Origin: Candidatus Latescibacterota bacterium
Lineage (GTDB): Bacteria > Latescibacterota > UBA2968 > UBA8231
DNA: 64,000 nt
Reading direction: 5' to 3'
Assembly: GCA_965221775.1 (NCBI GenBank)
Contig: CBDCSU010000004.1
Location: forward strand, 192,001 to 256,000
How positions within the stretch are numbered: the first letter of the stretch is position 1; each line of letters begins with the position of its first letter. The position numbers and the translations under genes are program-made. A model generated the notes under the pieces. It worked only from the letters and a program-made list of their open reading frames with translations, was not told where the DNA came from and did no database searches. Below are positions 53,705 to 62,984 of this stretch, one piece after another.

Positions 53705-54913
53705 GTGATCGTGGACCTGGTCCCGGCGGCCCTGGCCCTCTGCGCGGCCGTGTACGCGGCGGGCCTGCTTTGGTTCTCCCTCGGGGCCCTGCGGCCCGGG
53801 AGGCAACCGTCGGCCCCGGGGGATGAGCCACCCTCCGTGGCCGTCGTGGTGGCCGCTCGCGACGAGGCGGGCCATGTGGAGGCCTGCCTCGAAGCGCTGT
53901 GCGCCCAGACCTACCCGGCCGGCCGCTACGAGGTCGTCCTCGTCGACGACGGGTCCCGCGACGGCACCGGCTCCCTGGCCCGAGCCGCCGCCCGGCGCCT
54001 GGAGGAGGAGGGGCCGCGCGTCCGGGTGCTCGACGGGCCGTCCCGGTACGGCCCGACCGGATCCAAGAAGGCGGCCCTCGGCCTGGGCATCTCCGAGTCC
54101 GACGCCGACCTGATCCTCACAACCGACGCCGACTGCCGCGTGCCCCGGACCTGGGTGGCGGCCATGTCCGGCGCCTTCGCCGAGGACGTGGGAGCCGTCC
54201 TCGGCTTCTCCCAGATCGGGTCCCCCGGCGCCGTGAGCAGGCTCCTGGCGCGCTGGGAGGCTCTCGATTTCCTGCAACTGATGACCGCCGCCGCCGGAAG
54301 CTGCGCCTTCGGGCATCCCATGGCCGCCACGGGCCAGAACCTCGCTTTCCGCCGCTCCGCCTACGACCAGGTGGGAGGCTACGCGTCCATCCTGCATCGG
54401 GTCTCCGGAGACGACGTGCTGCTTCTGCAACTGATCCGCCGGGCGCGGCGCTGGCGCGTTGTCTTCTGTGAAGACCCCGGCAGCCATGTGGTCCACCCGC
54501 CCTCCGCCGGCCTCGGCCGCTTCCTCGGCCAACGCGCCCGGTGGGCCTCCAACGCTCCGGGGCAGAGCCGGATGGACCCGGTCTTCTTCATGTACATCCT
54601 GGGTACTTTCGGCCTGTCCGTGGGTCTGACCATCAGCCCCCTGCTCTGGTCCGCCGGCCTCCTGACCGCCGCGGAGACGGGGGCCCTGTGGCTGGTGAAG
54701 GCGGGGCCGGAACTCGGCCTGGCACTGGTCGGGGGGGGCCGCTTCGGGCGCCGCGATCTGCTTGGGATCTTTCCGCTGTGGGCCCTGCTGCACCCGGTCT
54801 ACACCGCCGTCGTCGGCGGCTTCGGCGCCTTGGGCTTCTACCGTTGGAAGGGGAGGTCCGCCGCTCTCGGACGCCGTTGGCGGGTGGAAAATATCGCCGG
54901 CACCCGCCGCTGA
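53705..54913 (+). CDS. Membrane-bound GT2 family glycosyltransferase (paralog of 51404)
   Basis: VAVVVAARDE, VDDGSRDGT, TTDADC, GDDVLLL, QRARW. Confidence 0.9.
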   Translation: MIVDLVPAALALCAAVYAAGLLWFSLGALRPGRQPSAPGDEPPSVAVVVAARDEAGHVEACLEALCAQTYPAGRYEVVLVDDGSRDGTGSLARAAARRLEEEGPRVRVLDGPSRYGPTGSKKAALGLGISESDADLILTTDADCRVPRTWVAAMSGAFAEDVGAVLGFSQIGSPGAVSRLLARWEALDFLQLMTAAAGSCAFGHPMAATGQNLAFRRSAYDQVGGYASILHRVSGDDVLLLQLIRRARRWRVVFCEDPGSHVVHPPSAGLGRFLGQRARWASNAPGQSRMDPVFFMYILGTFGLSVGLTISPLLWSAGLLTAAETGALWLVKAGPELGLALVGGGRFGRRDLLGIFPLWALLHPVYTAVVGGFGALGFYRWKGRSAALGRRWRVENIAGTRR

Positions 54914-54927
54914 GCGCGGGCGGCCCC

Positions 54928-55860
54928 TCAGAGCCTCCCCGCCAGCATCTCCATCAGCAAGCCGTAGCGGATGCCCCGGGTCGACACGATCACCCCGGGG
55001 GATCGCAGGCGGTCGAGGCAGTGCCGCAGGATCAGCGAACCGGCGCCGATGATGTCGGCGCGGGCGTCGCTTACCTGGGGAAGGGCCTTGATCTGCTCCC
55101 AGGTCATGCCCACCAGCCGGTCGCTGAGGCGCCGCACAGCGTCGGCGGGGAGGAAGTGCCCGTCGACACCGGCCGCATCGAACCGGGGGGCGCCGTGGTC
55201 GAGGGCGCCCAGGGTGGTGATCGTGCCGGCCACTCCCACGATGGCCGGGTCACCCGGCCATGGCGGCAGTTCCTCGAAGGCGGCGCGGATCAGGTCGGTG
55301 GCGCGGGTCCGTTCGGCGTCGGTGGGGGGCAGGGCCGAGAAGCAGCGTTCGGTGACGCGCACCGCCCCCACGTCGACCGACCGGGAGCGTTCCACGCCGT
55401 CGGCGGAACCCAGGGCCAGTTCGGTGGAACCGCCCCCGATGTCCAGGACCGCGTACCGGGCCGGCAGGTCGAGCCCGAAAGCGGCGCCGGCGAAGGTGTG
55501 GCGGGCCTCCTCCTCGCCGCTGAGCTCGGTCAGTTCGATCCCCGTGCGCCGCGCCACCATGTCGATGAACTCGGCGCCGTTGGCCGCGTCCCTGAGGGCG
55601 GAGGTCCCGAAGGCGCGGATGCGGCGGGCGCCGAGCCCTTCGGCGCGGCGGCGGTAGCTGGAGAGGAATCCACAGACCCGGTCGACGGCGGCGGCTCCGA
55701 TGCGGCGCTCGGCGTCGACGCCCTGTCCCAGACGGGCGATGGCGTGGGCGTCGTCGAGGATGTCGATCCCGCCTCCGGGGCCGGTCCGCCCCGTGACCAT
55801 CAGGATGGTGTTGGTGCCGAGGTCGATGGCGGACTGCACCCCTGTGGGGGCGGGACTCAT
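54928..55860 (-). CDS. ppx: Ppx/GppA family phosphatase (short form)
   Basis: AIDLGTNT, ARLGQG, GTSALRDAANG, LSGEEEA, LDIGGGSTE, RADII, GIRYG. Confidence 0.93.
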   Translation of the reverse strand: MSPAPTGVQSAIDLGTNTILMVTGRTGPGGGIDILDDAHAIARLGQGVDAERRIGAAAVDRVCGFLSSYRRRAEGLGARRIRAFGTSALRDAANGAEFIDMVARRTGIELTELSGEEEARHTFAGAAFGLDLPARYAVLDIGGGSTELALGSADGVERSRSVDVGAVRVTERCFSALPPTDAERTRATDLIRAAFEELPPWPGDPAIVGVAGTITTLGALDHGAPRFDAAGVDGHFLPADAVRRLSDRLVGMTWEQIKALPQVSDARADIIGAGSLILRHCLDRLRSPGVIVSTRGIRYGLLMEMLAGRL

Positions 55861-57140
55861 GCGTCGGCGCAGCGCTCGCGGCTCTTGAGCAGGGCGGTCA
55901 GCTCCGATGGCGTCTGGCAGTGCAGCATGGCGTCCCGGGTCTCGTCGGCGTGCATCAGCGAGGCGATCTGCCCGAGGACGGGGATGTAGGTGCGGTAGTT
56001 CTGCTGCGGGGTCAGCAGCAGGAAGATGTAGCGCACGGCGCCGCCCGGACCGCTGAAGTCGACGCCCTCGGGACAGATCCCGAGGGAACCGATGATGCTC
56101 GGCAGGCCGGGCAAGGGGGCGTGGGGGATCGCCGTCTCCCTGCCTATGGAGGTGGAGGACTTCCGCTCCCTGGCGCGGGCGGCCTCGAGGACGGTATCGC
56201 GCTGGGACTGGGGCACCTGCTTCTCGTCCACCAGGATATCGACCATCTGGTCGATCGCTTCCCACTTGTCCCGCGGATGCAGGTCCAGCCGGATCGTGTG
56301 CTCCCAGAAGATGTTGCTCAGCCGGTTGCCGCCGGGGGACCGGGAGCGGACCATCAGCACCGAGCAAGGCGCCTTGTAGGCGATCTCGTCCGGGATCGAG
56401 CCGGCGAGAAACTCCTCCTGCCGCCAGTCGTTGGAGCCGCCGAGGACGAGCAGGTCGTCCGCCCGGGAAAGCTCGATCAGGGGCGCCGCGACCTCCGTGG
56501 CAGGCACCACCCGGCAGGGCGCCTCGATTTCCAGCAGGCGCAGTTGCATCTGCAGGTCGTCGCCCAGTTGACGGCAGTAGCGCTCGAGGAGAGGGTCGTC
56601 CGTCGGCGCCCCGAGGTGCCGGGCGACGCGCACGGCGAGCATCTCCGAGGACCAGGTCCTGGCGAGTTGGTGGGCCACCTCCAGGCCCAGCAGGGAGTTG
56701 GTGCCGCCGCCGGTGGGCACCAGCACGCGCCGGGCGGTCGTGAAACCCTTGTCCTTGAAGATCAAGGTGTCCACGTCCAGGGCTTTCGTCAGCTCCCGGT
56801 TGGGGGAGGAGAGAACGGTGGTCCGGTTGACGTCACCGTACCAGCCGATGAGCAGGATGTCGCAGTTCCAGCGTTTGAGACCGTCCTGCACCGCCCCATT
56901 CACCGTCTCTCCATGCACGAGATGAGGGAAGGCGCTGACACCCATGCCAGAGGCGAGGCCGGCCGCACGCCGAAGCTGTGCATCCAGGTCCGGCCGGGGA
57001 GCCTGATCGGGGGTGACCACGTGGGTGAGGTGCAGTTCCCCCAGGGGATCCGTGGCCAGGGTGGCGGCCAGCCGGACGAGGGCGTCCTCCGTCGCCGGGT
57101 TCTCAAGGGCGACGAGGATCCGCACGGCGGATTTCGGCAT
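55857..57140 (-). CDS. Tandem universal stress protein domains fused to a PTS EIIA (Ntr/fructose-type) domain
   Basis: RILVAL and RVLVPTGGG...LLVLG...GSIPDEIAYKAPCSVLMVR (Usp). C-terminal ARERKSSTSIGRETAIPH carries the phospho-acceptor His. Confidence 0.85.
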   Translation of the reverse strand: MPKSAVRILVALENPATEDALVRLAATLATDPLGELHLTHVVTPDQAPRPDLDAQLRRAAGLASGMGVSAFPHLVHGETVNGAVQDGLKRWNCDILLIGWYGDVNRTTVLSSPNRELTKALDVDTLIFKDKGFTTARRVLVPTGGGTNSLLGLEVAHQLARTWSSEMLAVRVARHLGAPTDDPLLERYCRQLGDDLQMQLRLLEIEAPCRVVPATEVAAPLIELSRADDLLVLGGSNDWRQEEFLAGSIPDEIAYKAPCSVLMVRSRSPGGNRLSNIFWEHTIRLDLHPRDKWEAIDQMVDILVDEKQVPQSQRDTVLEAARARERKSSTSIGRETAIPHAPLPGLPSIIGSLGICPEGVDFSGPGGAVRYIFLLLTPQQNYRTYIPVLGQIASLMHADETRDAMLHCQTPSELTALLKSRERCADA

Positions 57141-57404
57141 GTCAGTCAACAAGGCGGGCAGGCGCCGTGGGAGCGCTGTGACCGCCGGTCATCGGGGATG
57201 AGAGGGCGCGGGCCTTGGGGATGGTCGCGCCGTTCCCGTATGGTCTTGAAGATACGCAGGGACCCTCGGAATCGCCACCGTACGCGACTTCTGACAATTG
57301 CTGTAACTCAAGTGTTTCTCGTGGCTTGCGCCGGTCCGAGGAGGGTTGCGGCAGGGTCCGGGCATGAGTAGCTTTGCAGTTCGATGGAGGAGGTGGGTCC
57401 ATCC

Positions 57405-58091
57405 ATGGCCGTCGTTACCGTTGCTCGTCAGTTGGGAAGCGGGGGAGACCTCATCGCCGAGAAGGTCGCCGGGGTCCTTGGATACGAGCACGTCGACCGG
57501 CGGCTGGTCGAGGAGATCGCGAACATCACCGACACCTCTCCGGAAGAGGTGGAGAAGTACGATGAGAAGGGAGAGGGGAGGGTCCGCTACTTCCTGAAGC
57601 GCCTCCTCGTTCCGGAGATGACCCCCGGCGGGTTCCCACTTTCCTCGGCGGCCTACTTTCCCGAGTTCGGCCTGGAGTTCCCCTACGTCATGGAGCGGGC
57701 CGGCGCCGATCAGCCCGCCTACCTCGACCGCGGCACCTACCAGCTGCTGATCACCACCCTCGTGCAGGACTTCGGCGAGACCGGCAAGGCGGTCGTCGTC
57801 GGCCGCGCCAGCCAGGTGATCCTCGCCCAGAATCCGCGGGCCCTGCACTTGAAGATCATCGCCCCCTTCGACCTGCGTTGCGAGCGGGTCCGCGAGGGGA
57901 GGGAAGTCACGGCCGAGCAGGCCGAGGAACTGGTGCAGCAGCACGACCGCTGGCGCAAGCAGTACCTGCGCAACCACCACGACGCCGACTGGGACGACCT
58001 GCTCCTCTACCACCTCACAATCAACACCGGCAAGGTCGATGCGGAGGACGCCGTCGACCTGATCGTCAGGTACGCAAACCGCCAGGGCTGA
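57405..58091 (+). CDS. Cytidylate kinase-like family protein
   Basis: VTVARQLGSGG, VVVGRA, APFDLRCER, YHLTINT. Confidence 0.88.
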   Translation: MAVVTVARQLGSGGDLIAEKVAGVLGYEHVDRRLVEEIANITDTSPEEVEKYDEKGEGRVRYFLKRLLVPEMTPGGFPLSSAAYFPEFGLEFPYVMERAGADQPAYLDRGTYQLLITTLVQDFGETGKAVVVGRASQVILAQNPRALHLKIIAPFDLRCERVREGREVTAEQAEELVQQHDRWRKQYLRNHHDADWDDLLLYHLTINTGKVDAEDAVDLIVRYANRQG

Positions 58092-58107
58092 GGGCCCGGG
58101 AGACGGA

Positions 58108-59241
58108 ATGGCAAAACTGAAGGCCGCACTGATCGGAGGCGGAGGGCCGGGCAACTTCTTCGGACATGTGCACAAGCGCGCCATCGCCCTCGACAACAGC
58201 CGGGAGCTGGTCGCCGGCGCTCTTCGCAGCGATCCCGTGGAGGCCATGGCGGCGGCCGCCGATTACGACGTGACGGGATACCCCAGCCACTCCGCGCTGC
58301 TGGAGGCCGTGAAAAAGGGCGACCAGCCCCTCGACTACGTGACCATCGTGACCCCCAACCACGCCCACTACGAACCGGCGAGGGCCTTCGTGGAGGCGGG
58401 GATTCCCGTGCTCTGCGAAAAGCCGGTCACCATGACGGTGGAGGAGGCCGAGGACCTTCAGCGCCGTGTCGAGGCCCGCGGCGTTCCCTTCGTCCTCGCC
58501 CACACCTACACCGGTCATCCGATGATGATGCTCGCCAAGGAGCTGGTGCGGCAGGGCCGGGTCGGAGAGGTTCGCAAGATCGAGGCGTTCTACAACCAGG
58601 GCTGGCTGGCCACGGCCCTGGAGACGGAAGGACTGCAGCAGGCCGAGTGGCGAACCGACCCGTCCCGGACGGGTATCTCCAACTGCGGCGGCGACATCGG
58701 CACCCACGCCTTCATCGCCGCCACCTGGGTCAGCGGCCACTCCGTCAAGCGGGTCTCGGCCCGGCTGAGCGCCTTCGTCGACGGACGCGTTCTCGACGAC
58801 GACTTCAACGTCATCGCCGAACTCGACAACGGCGGCACGGCGGTGATCACGGCTACGCAGATCGCCATCGGCTACAAGAACGACCACGGCTTCCGCATCT
58901 ACGGGAGCGAGGGCTCGCTGGAGTGGAACCAGGAACAGGCCGAGTCCCTCCTGGTGCGCACCGGCGAGGTGGACGAGACCTACTGGATCGGGGGCAACTT
59001 CTCCTTTTTCCCCGAGTCGGTGGCCTCCTACCTCCGGCTTCCCTCCGGCCACCACGACGACTTCTTCGGCGCCCTGGCCAATCTGCACACCTCCCTGGAA
59101 CGGCTGATCCGCAGAGGACGGGGCGAGGAGGCCCCCGCAGCCTTCGACCATCCAGGGGCAGCCGAGGGCGTGGCCGGGATGCGCTTCGTGAAGGCCGCCG
59201 TGGACAGTTCCGCGGCCGGGGGGGCGTGGACGGATGTGTGA
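58108..59241 (+). CDS. Gfo/Idh/MocA family oxidoreductase
   Basis: IGGG...FFGHVH, IVTPNHAH, CEKP, YTGHPM, WRTDP, DIGTH. Confidence 0.92.
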   Translation: MAKLKAALIGGGGPGNFFGHVHKRAIALDNSRELVAGALRSDPVEAMAAAADYDVTGYPSHSALLEAVKKGDQPLDYVTIVTPNHAHYEPARAFVEAGIPVLCEKPVTMTVEEAEDLQRRVEARGVPFVLAHTYTGHPMMMLAKELVRQGRVGEVRKIEAFYNQGWLATALETEGLQQAEWRTDPSRTGISNCGGDIGTHAFIAATWVSGHSVKRVSARLSAFVDGRVLDDDFNVIAELDNGGTAVITATQIAIGYKNDHGFRIYGSEGSLEWNQEQAESLLVRTGEVDETYWIGGNFSFFPESVASYLRLPSGHHDDFFGALANLHTSLERLIRRGRGEEAPAAFDHPGAAEGVAGMRFVKAAVDSSAAGGAWTDV

Positions 59242-59290
59242 GGCACGCGAGGCGGGGGCCAGGCAGGCCCGCCATTCGTGAAGGCGGCGC

Positions 59291-59319
59291 TTGCTCACCG
59301 GGGATGAGCGTCCTATTTT
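59291..59319 (+). promoter_or_regulatory. Possible sigma70 promoter of the stand-alone PorV-like gene
   Basis: TTGCTC-N17-TATTTT, about 55 nt upstream of the ATG. Confidence 0.4.
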
Positions 59320-59372
59320 GAGCGAAGTCCAACCTTTGCGAACCACGATGTGGCTTTGAGGAGGGCAAGCCC

Positions 59373-60305
59373 ATGCGCTGTCATCTGCGGCTTCTGATCG
59401 GTGCCGCTTTCGTTCTGTCCCTGGTGACGGTTTCGGAAGCGGTGGTGAACATCCAGAATCTCGGGGCCGGCGCGCGGTCGGCGTCCCTGGGCAACGCCTT
59501 CGTGGCGGTGGCCGACAACGGCGATGCGATGTTCGCCAACCCGGCGGGTCTGGCGACCTTGACGGGGCGCCAGGTGGCGTACACCAACGTGTCGCTTCTG
59601 CACTCGGGTCTGGAGGAGGACGACCTCGGCCAGCACGTGGTGTCTCTGACGCAGCCCCTGGGCGGCCGTCTGGCGCTGGGGGTGGGCTACGAGCGCATCG
59701 GCTCGGAGCAGATGTCGGAGAACGGGGCGTTTCTGGGCGTGGGCTATCGCCTGAGCCGGGATCTTCAGTTGGGTCTGACGGGCAAGTACGTGTTCTGGCA
59801 GGTGTCGGACTTCGACAGCAACGATCCGGTGTCGGGTCAGAGCGCGGGTTCGGTGGGCGCCGACGTGGGTCTTCTGTGGCGGACACCGTTTCAGGGGGCT
59901 CGTCTGGGGGTTCAGCTGCAGAACGTCCTTCAGCCGAACGCCACCTGCAACTGCGGGTCCGGCGGCTCCCTGGAGTCGGGGGCGGGGGACCTTCCGATGG
60001 ACCTGTCGGTGGGCGTGAGCCACCGCCGGGACCAGATGCTTCTCTCGGTTCAGTGGTCGGTCCGGGACGTGGGCGGCGAGGGTTCGGAGAGCCGTCTGGT
60101 GCTGGGCGGGGAGACGAGCCTGGTGGAGGGTCTGATGCTCCGCGCCGGCGGCAGCCGGGCCTTCGAAGAGGACGCCAAGGGCGACCTGAACGCGGGTCTG
60201 GGGTACCGGTGGAACAAGATGCTCTTCGACTACGGCTACCACATCCCCCTCGAACTGTCCGAGGCCAACGGCTCCCACCGATTCTCCCTGGCTTGGCAAC
60301 TGTAG
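59373..60305 (+). CDS. PorV/PorP-like outer-membrane beta-barrel
   Basis: Signal peptide, GAGARSASLGNAFVAVAD...FANPAGL, FDYGY, C-terminal HRFSLAWQL. Confidence 0.78.
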   Translation: MRCHLRLLIGAAFVLSLVTVSEAVVNIQNLGAGARSASLGNAFVAVADNGDAMFANPAGLATLTGRQVAYTNVSLLHSGLEEDDLGQHVVSLTQPLGGRLALGVGYERIGSEQMSENGAFLGVGYRLSRDLQLGLTGKYVFWQVSDFDSNDPVSGQSAGSVGADVGLLWRTPFQGARLGVQLQNVLQPNATCNCGSGGSLESGAGDLPMDLSVGVSHRRDQMLLSVQWSVRDVGGEGSESRLVLGGETSLVEGLMLRAGGSRAFEEDAKGDLNAGLGYRWNKMLFDYGYHIPLELSEANGSHRFSLAWQL

Positions 60306-60335
60306 GGGCGGCACTCAGGGTTTCAGGACTACGAC

Positions 60336-60371
60336 ACCGGGCCGTCCCCTTGCGGGGGCGGCCCGGTTTTT
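60336..60371 (+). terminator. Rho-independent terminator
   Basis: ACCGGGCCGTCCCC-TTGC-GGGGGCGGCCCGGT hairpin followed by a T-run. Confidence 0.75.
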
Positions 60372-60396
60372 CTGCCGGAGGTCCCGATTCCTCTCC

Positions 60397-61401
60397 TCAG
60401 GCCACCCGGTACCGTTCGACCACCTCGAGGTCGACGTCGATCCCCAGGCCGGGCCCCTCGGGCACGATGAAGTGGCCCCCTTCGACGGCGAGGGAACCAT
60501 CGCAGATATCGGCGACGCGGGTGAAGGGCAGCTCGTCGCAGGGCAGCGTGGCGTTGGGAATCGTCGCCTGCAGGTGCACGGAATAGGCTGCGTGAACGCC
60601 CAGGCACAGTCCCCCCGCCTGCACCCAGATGGGCACGTTGGCCGCCTGGGCCAGGGCGGCGCAGGTTCGGATCTGCACGGCGCCCCCTCCGATGTTCAGG
60701 TAGTCGACGGCCTCGGCCTTGAGCGCCGCCAGGACGGAGGGAGGCGAGCCGAGGTGGAGTGCCTGGGGGATCCATGTCTTCTCACGCAGCAGCCGGTACC
60801 AGTCGAGATTGTCCTTGAGGACCGGATCCTCGAAGTTGGCCACCGTTCCGAAGGGCTCGAGTTCGGCGGCGAGCCTCGCCGCCTCGGAGGGCTGCACGAA
60901 CTGGGTGTTCGGGTCGACGCCGACCGTGTAGTCGGGTCCGGCGGCCTCCTTCATCAGCCGCACCGTCTCGACGATGTCCCAGGGCCGCGCCTTGAGCTTG
61001 TGGTTGGTGAATCCCAGGCGCGCGCCGACCTCGGCCTCGGCAGCCGTCTCGGCCGGCTCCATGTGGCAGGACCAGTAGGAGACCGGGACCCTGTCGCGCA
61101 CCTTGGCGCCGAAGAAACGGTGCAAGGGCACGCCCCAGGCCTGGCCTGCGATGTCGAGCAGGGCGCAACAGATGGGGTCCGGCTGGGCCATGGCGTCGAG
61201 GCCCAGCGGGTCCTGGCCGGCGAAGGCGGAGAACCCTGCCTCGAGATCCGTCTTGCGGCCCTGGCACTCCCCCCAGCCGGTCAGACCTTCGTCCGTGGTC
61301 AGGCGGACGAGGGTGAGATCGTAGATCTTGGGGACGTACCTGGCGATGGGAGGTATGGGGGGGATCTCCACCTCGAAGAGATCCACTTCCGTGATCTTCA
61401 T
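60397..61401 (-). CDS. Mandelate racemase/muconate lactonizing enzyme family protein
   Basis: MKITEV, TDEGLTGWGE, ALLDIAGQ, HKLK, VDPN, FEDP, PEGPGLGID. Confidence 0.9.
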   Translation of the reverse strand: MKITEVDLFEVEIPPIPPIARYVPKIYDLTLVRLTTDEGLTGWGECQGRKTDLEAGFSAFAGQDPLGLDAMAQPDPICCALLDIAGQAWGVPLHRFFGAKVRDRVPVSYWSCHMEPAETAAEAEVGARLGFTNHKLKARPWDIVETVRLMKEAAGPDYTVGVDPNTQFVQPSEAARLAAELEPFGTVANFEDPVLKDNLDWYRLLREKTWIPQALHLGSPPSVLAALKAEAVDYLNIGGGAVQIRTCAALAQAANVPIWVQAGGLCLGVHAAYSVHLQATIPNATLPCDELPFTRVADICDGSLAVEGGHFIVPEGPGLGIDVDLEVVERYRVA

Positions 61402-61462
61402 GGGGTCGGCCTTTCTCGGGAGTCGCCGCGGGCTGCGCCGGAGCACAAGATAGGAGGTTCCG

Positions 61463-62212
61463 TTGGAAGCCGCCTCGACGACGCACCTGGGAATTCTGAA
61501 CGCGGTCCTGGCCCTGGCAGCCCTCGTCGCCTCGGTAACCGGCTTCGGCTACGCCATGGTGGCCGTGCCCTTGCTGGTGGTGCTGCTCCCCCCGCTTCAG
61601 CTGGTGCCCGTGGTGCTCATCAGCTGGGTTCCCCTCGCCCTCGTGCTGATCGCCCAGAGCTGGAGGCACCTCAACCCGGGGCGGCTCCTCCAACTCCTCG
61701 CCGGCGCCCTCCTCGGCGCGCCCGTCGGCCTGTGGCTGCTGTCCTCCCTGGCCGAGGGCACGATGCGGTCCGTCATCGGCGGCATCACGCTCCTGGCCGC
61801 GGGAGCCCTCGTGGTCAGGCCCGGCCGGCCCTTCGCCCGCGAGGGACCGCCCCTGTTGGCGGCAGGTCTGGCCGGCGGGATCATGGGGGGCGCCAGCGGC
61901 ATGTCGGGTCCTCCCATCGTGCTGCTCGGCCTCAAGCAGGGCTGGGAACCCCAGGGCTTCCGCGTCGACCTGCTCTGCTTCTTCCTCCTGCTGCACGGTT
62001 CGGTGGCGGCCGGGCTCGGTGGGTTGGGTCTCCTCTCCGCCGGGACCTTCCGCCTGTCCCTCGCCGTGCTCCCGGGGGTCTTTCTCGGCTTTGCCGCCGG
62101 CATGAGGCTCAGGGGGCGCATCGACGCGGCCATGTATCGGCGACTGGCTGTCATTCTCGTGGTGGCCGGAGGGATCTGGGCGCTTCTCTCCCCCCTGACC
62201 GAAGGCCTGTAG
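61463..62212 (+). CDS. Sulfite exporter TauE/SafE family membrane protein
   Basis: TGFGYAMVAVP and GASGMSGPPIV repeats. TTG start after an AGGAGG SD. Confidence 0.88.
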   Translation: MEAASTTHLGILNAVLALAALVASVTGFGYAMVAVPLLVVLLPPLQLVPVVLISWVPLALVLIAQSWRHLNPGRLLQLLAGALLGAPVGLWLLSSLAEGTMRSVIGGITLLAAGALVVRPGRPFAREGPPLLAAGLAGGIMGGASGMSGPPIVLLGLKQGWEPQGFRVDLLCFFLLLHGSVAAGLGGLGLLSAGTFRLSLAVLPGVFLGFAAGMRLRGRIDAAMYRRLAVILVVAGGIWALLSPLTEGL

Positions 62213-62303
62213 CGCGCTGGCGGTGCACCTGGGTGGCCCCTCGCCGCAACGTGGGCCGGGGCTCACGGCCCCGGCTCCGGCCATCCGGAAGGAAGGGGTT
62301 CTG

Positions 62304-62984
62304 ATGGACGGGAAGACGGCTGCCCTGCAGGCCACCGACAGCGTCCGCCGCTACTACGAGGAGCGGGGGATCTTCATGCGGCGATGGGGTTTCGGTCGCA
62401 GCCCGGCACTCGTCGTCATCGACATGGCCTACGGCTGGACCGACGCGGCCTACGCCACCGGCTCACGGAGGCTGGACGAAGCCGTGGAGGGCATCGGCCG
62501 GCTCCTGCCCCTCTGCCGGGAGAGGGGGGTGCCGGTGATCTACACCACCTCTCCCTACCGGCCGGAGGAAGAGGAGGAGCCCATGCCCCGGCGCGGTGAC
62601 CCGGCCTCGCGGCCCTGGGACGCCCGCGCCTGCGAGATCGACGCCAGGCTGGCGCCCGACCCGGGGGAGCTGGTGATCCTCAAGGAGAACGCTTCCGCTT
62701 TCTTCGGTACCCATCTGGCTCCCTACCTCGTGGAGCGCGGCGTCGACACGGTACTCGTCACGGGATGCTCCACCAGCGCCTGCGTGCGCGCCACGGCCAC
62801 CGATGCCCGGGCCTATCGCTTCCGGGCGATCGTGCCCCGCCAGTGCGTGCAGGACCGCTGCGAGGCCGCCCACGAGTACAACCTCTTCGACATCGATGCC
62901 AAGTTCGGGGACGTGGTCGACATCGAGGAGGCCGCCGGATATCTCCGCGGCTTGCCCGAAGAGGACTCCCTAGGCGCCTCGTGA
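62304..62984 (+). CDS. Isochorismatase family cysteine hydrolase (maleamate/N-carbamoylsarcosine amidase-like)
   Basis: PALVVID, K..ASAFFGT, TGCSTSACVRATATDA, NLFDIDAKFGDV. Confidence 0.9.
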   Translation: MDGKTAALQATDSVRRYYEERGIFMRRWGFGRSPALVVIDMAYGWTDAAYATGSRRLDEAVEGIGRLLPLCRERGVPVIYTTSPYRPEEEEEPMPRRGDPASRPWDARACEIDARLAPDPGELVILKENASAFFGTHLAPYLVERGVDTVLVTGCSTSACVRATATDARAYRFRAIVPRQCVQDRCEAAHEYNLFDIDAKFGDVVDIEEAAGYLRGLPEEDSLGAS

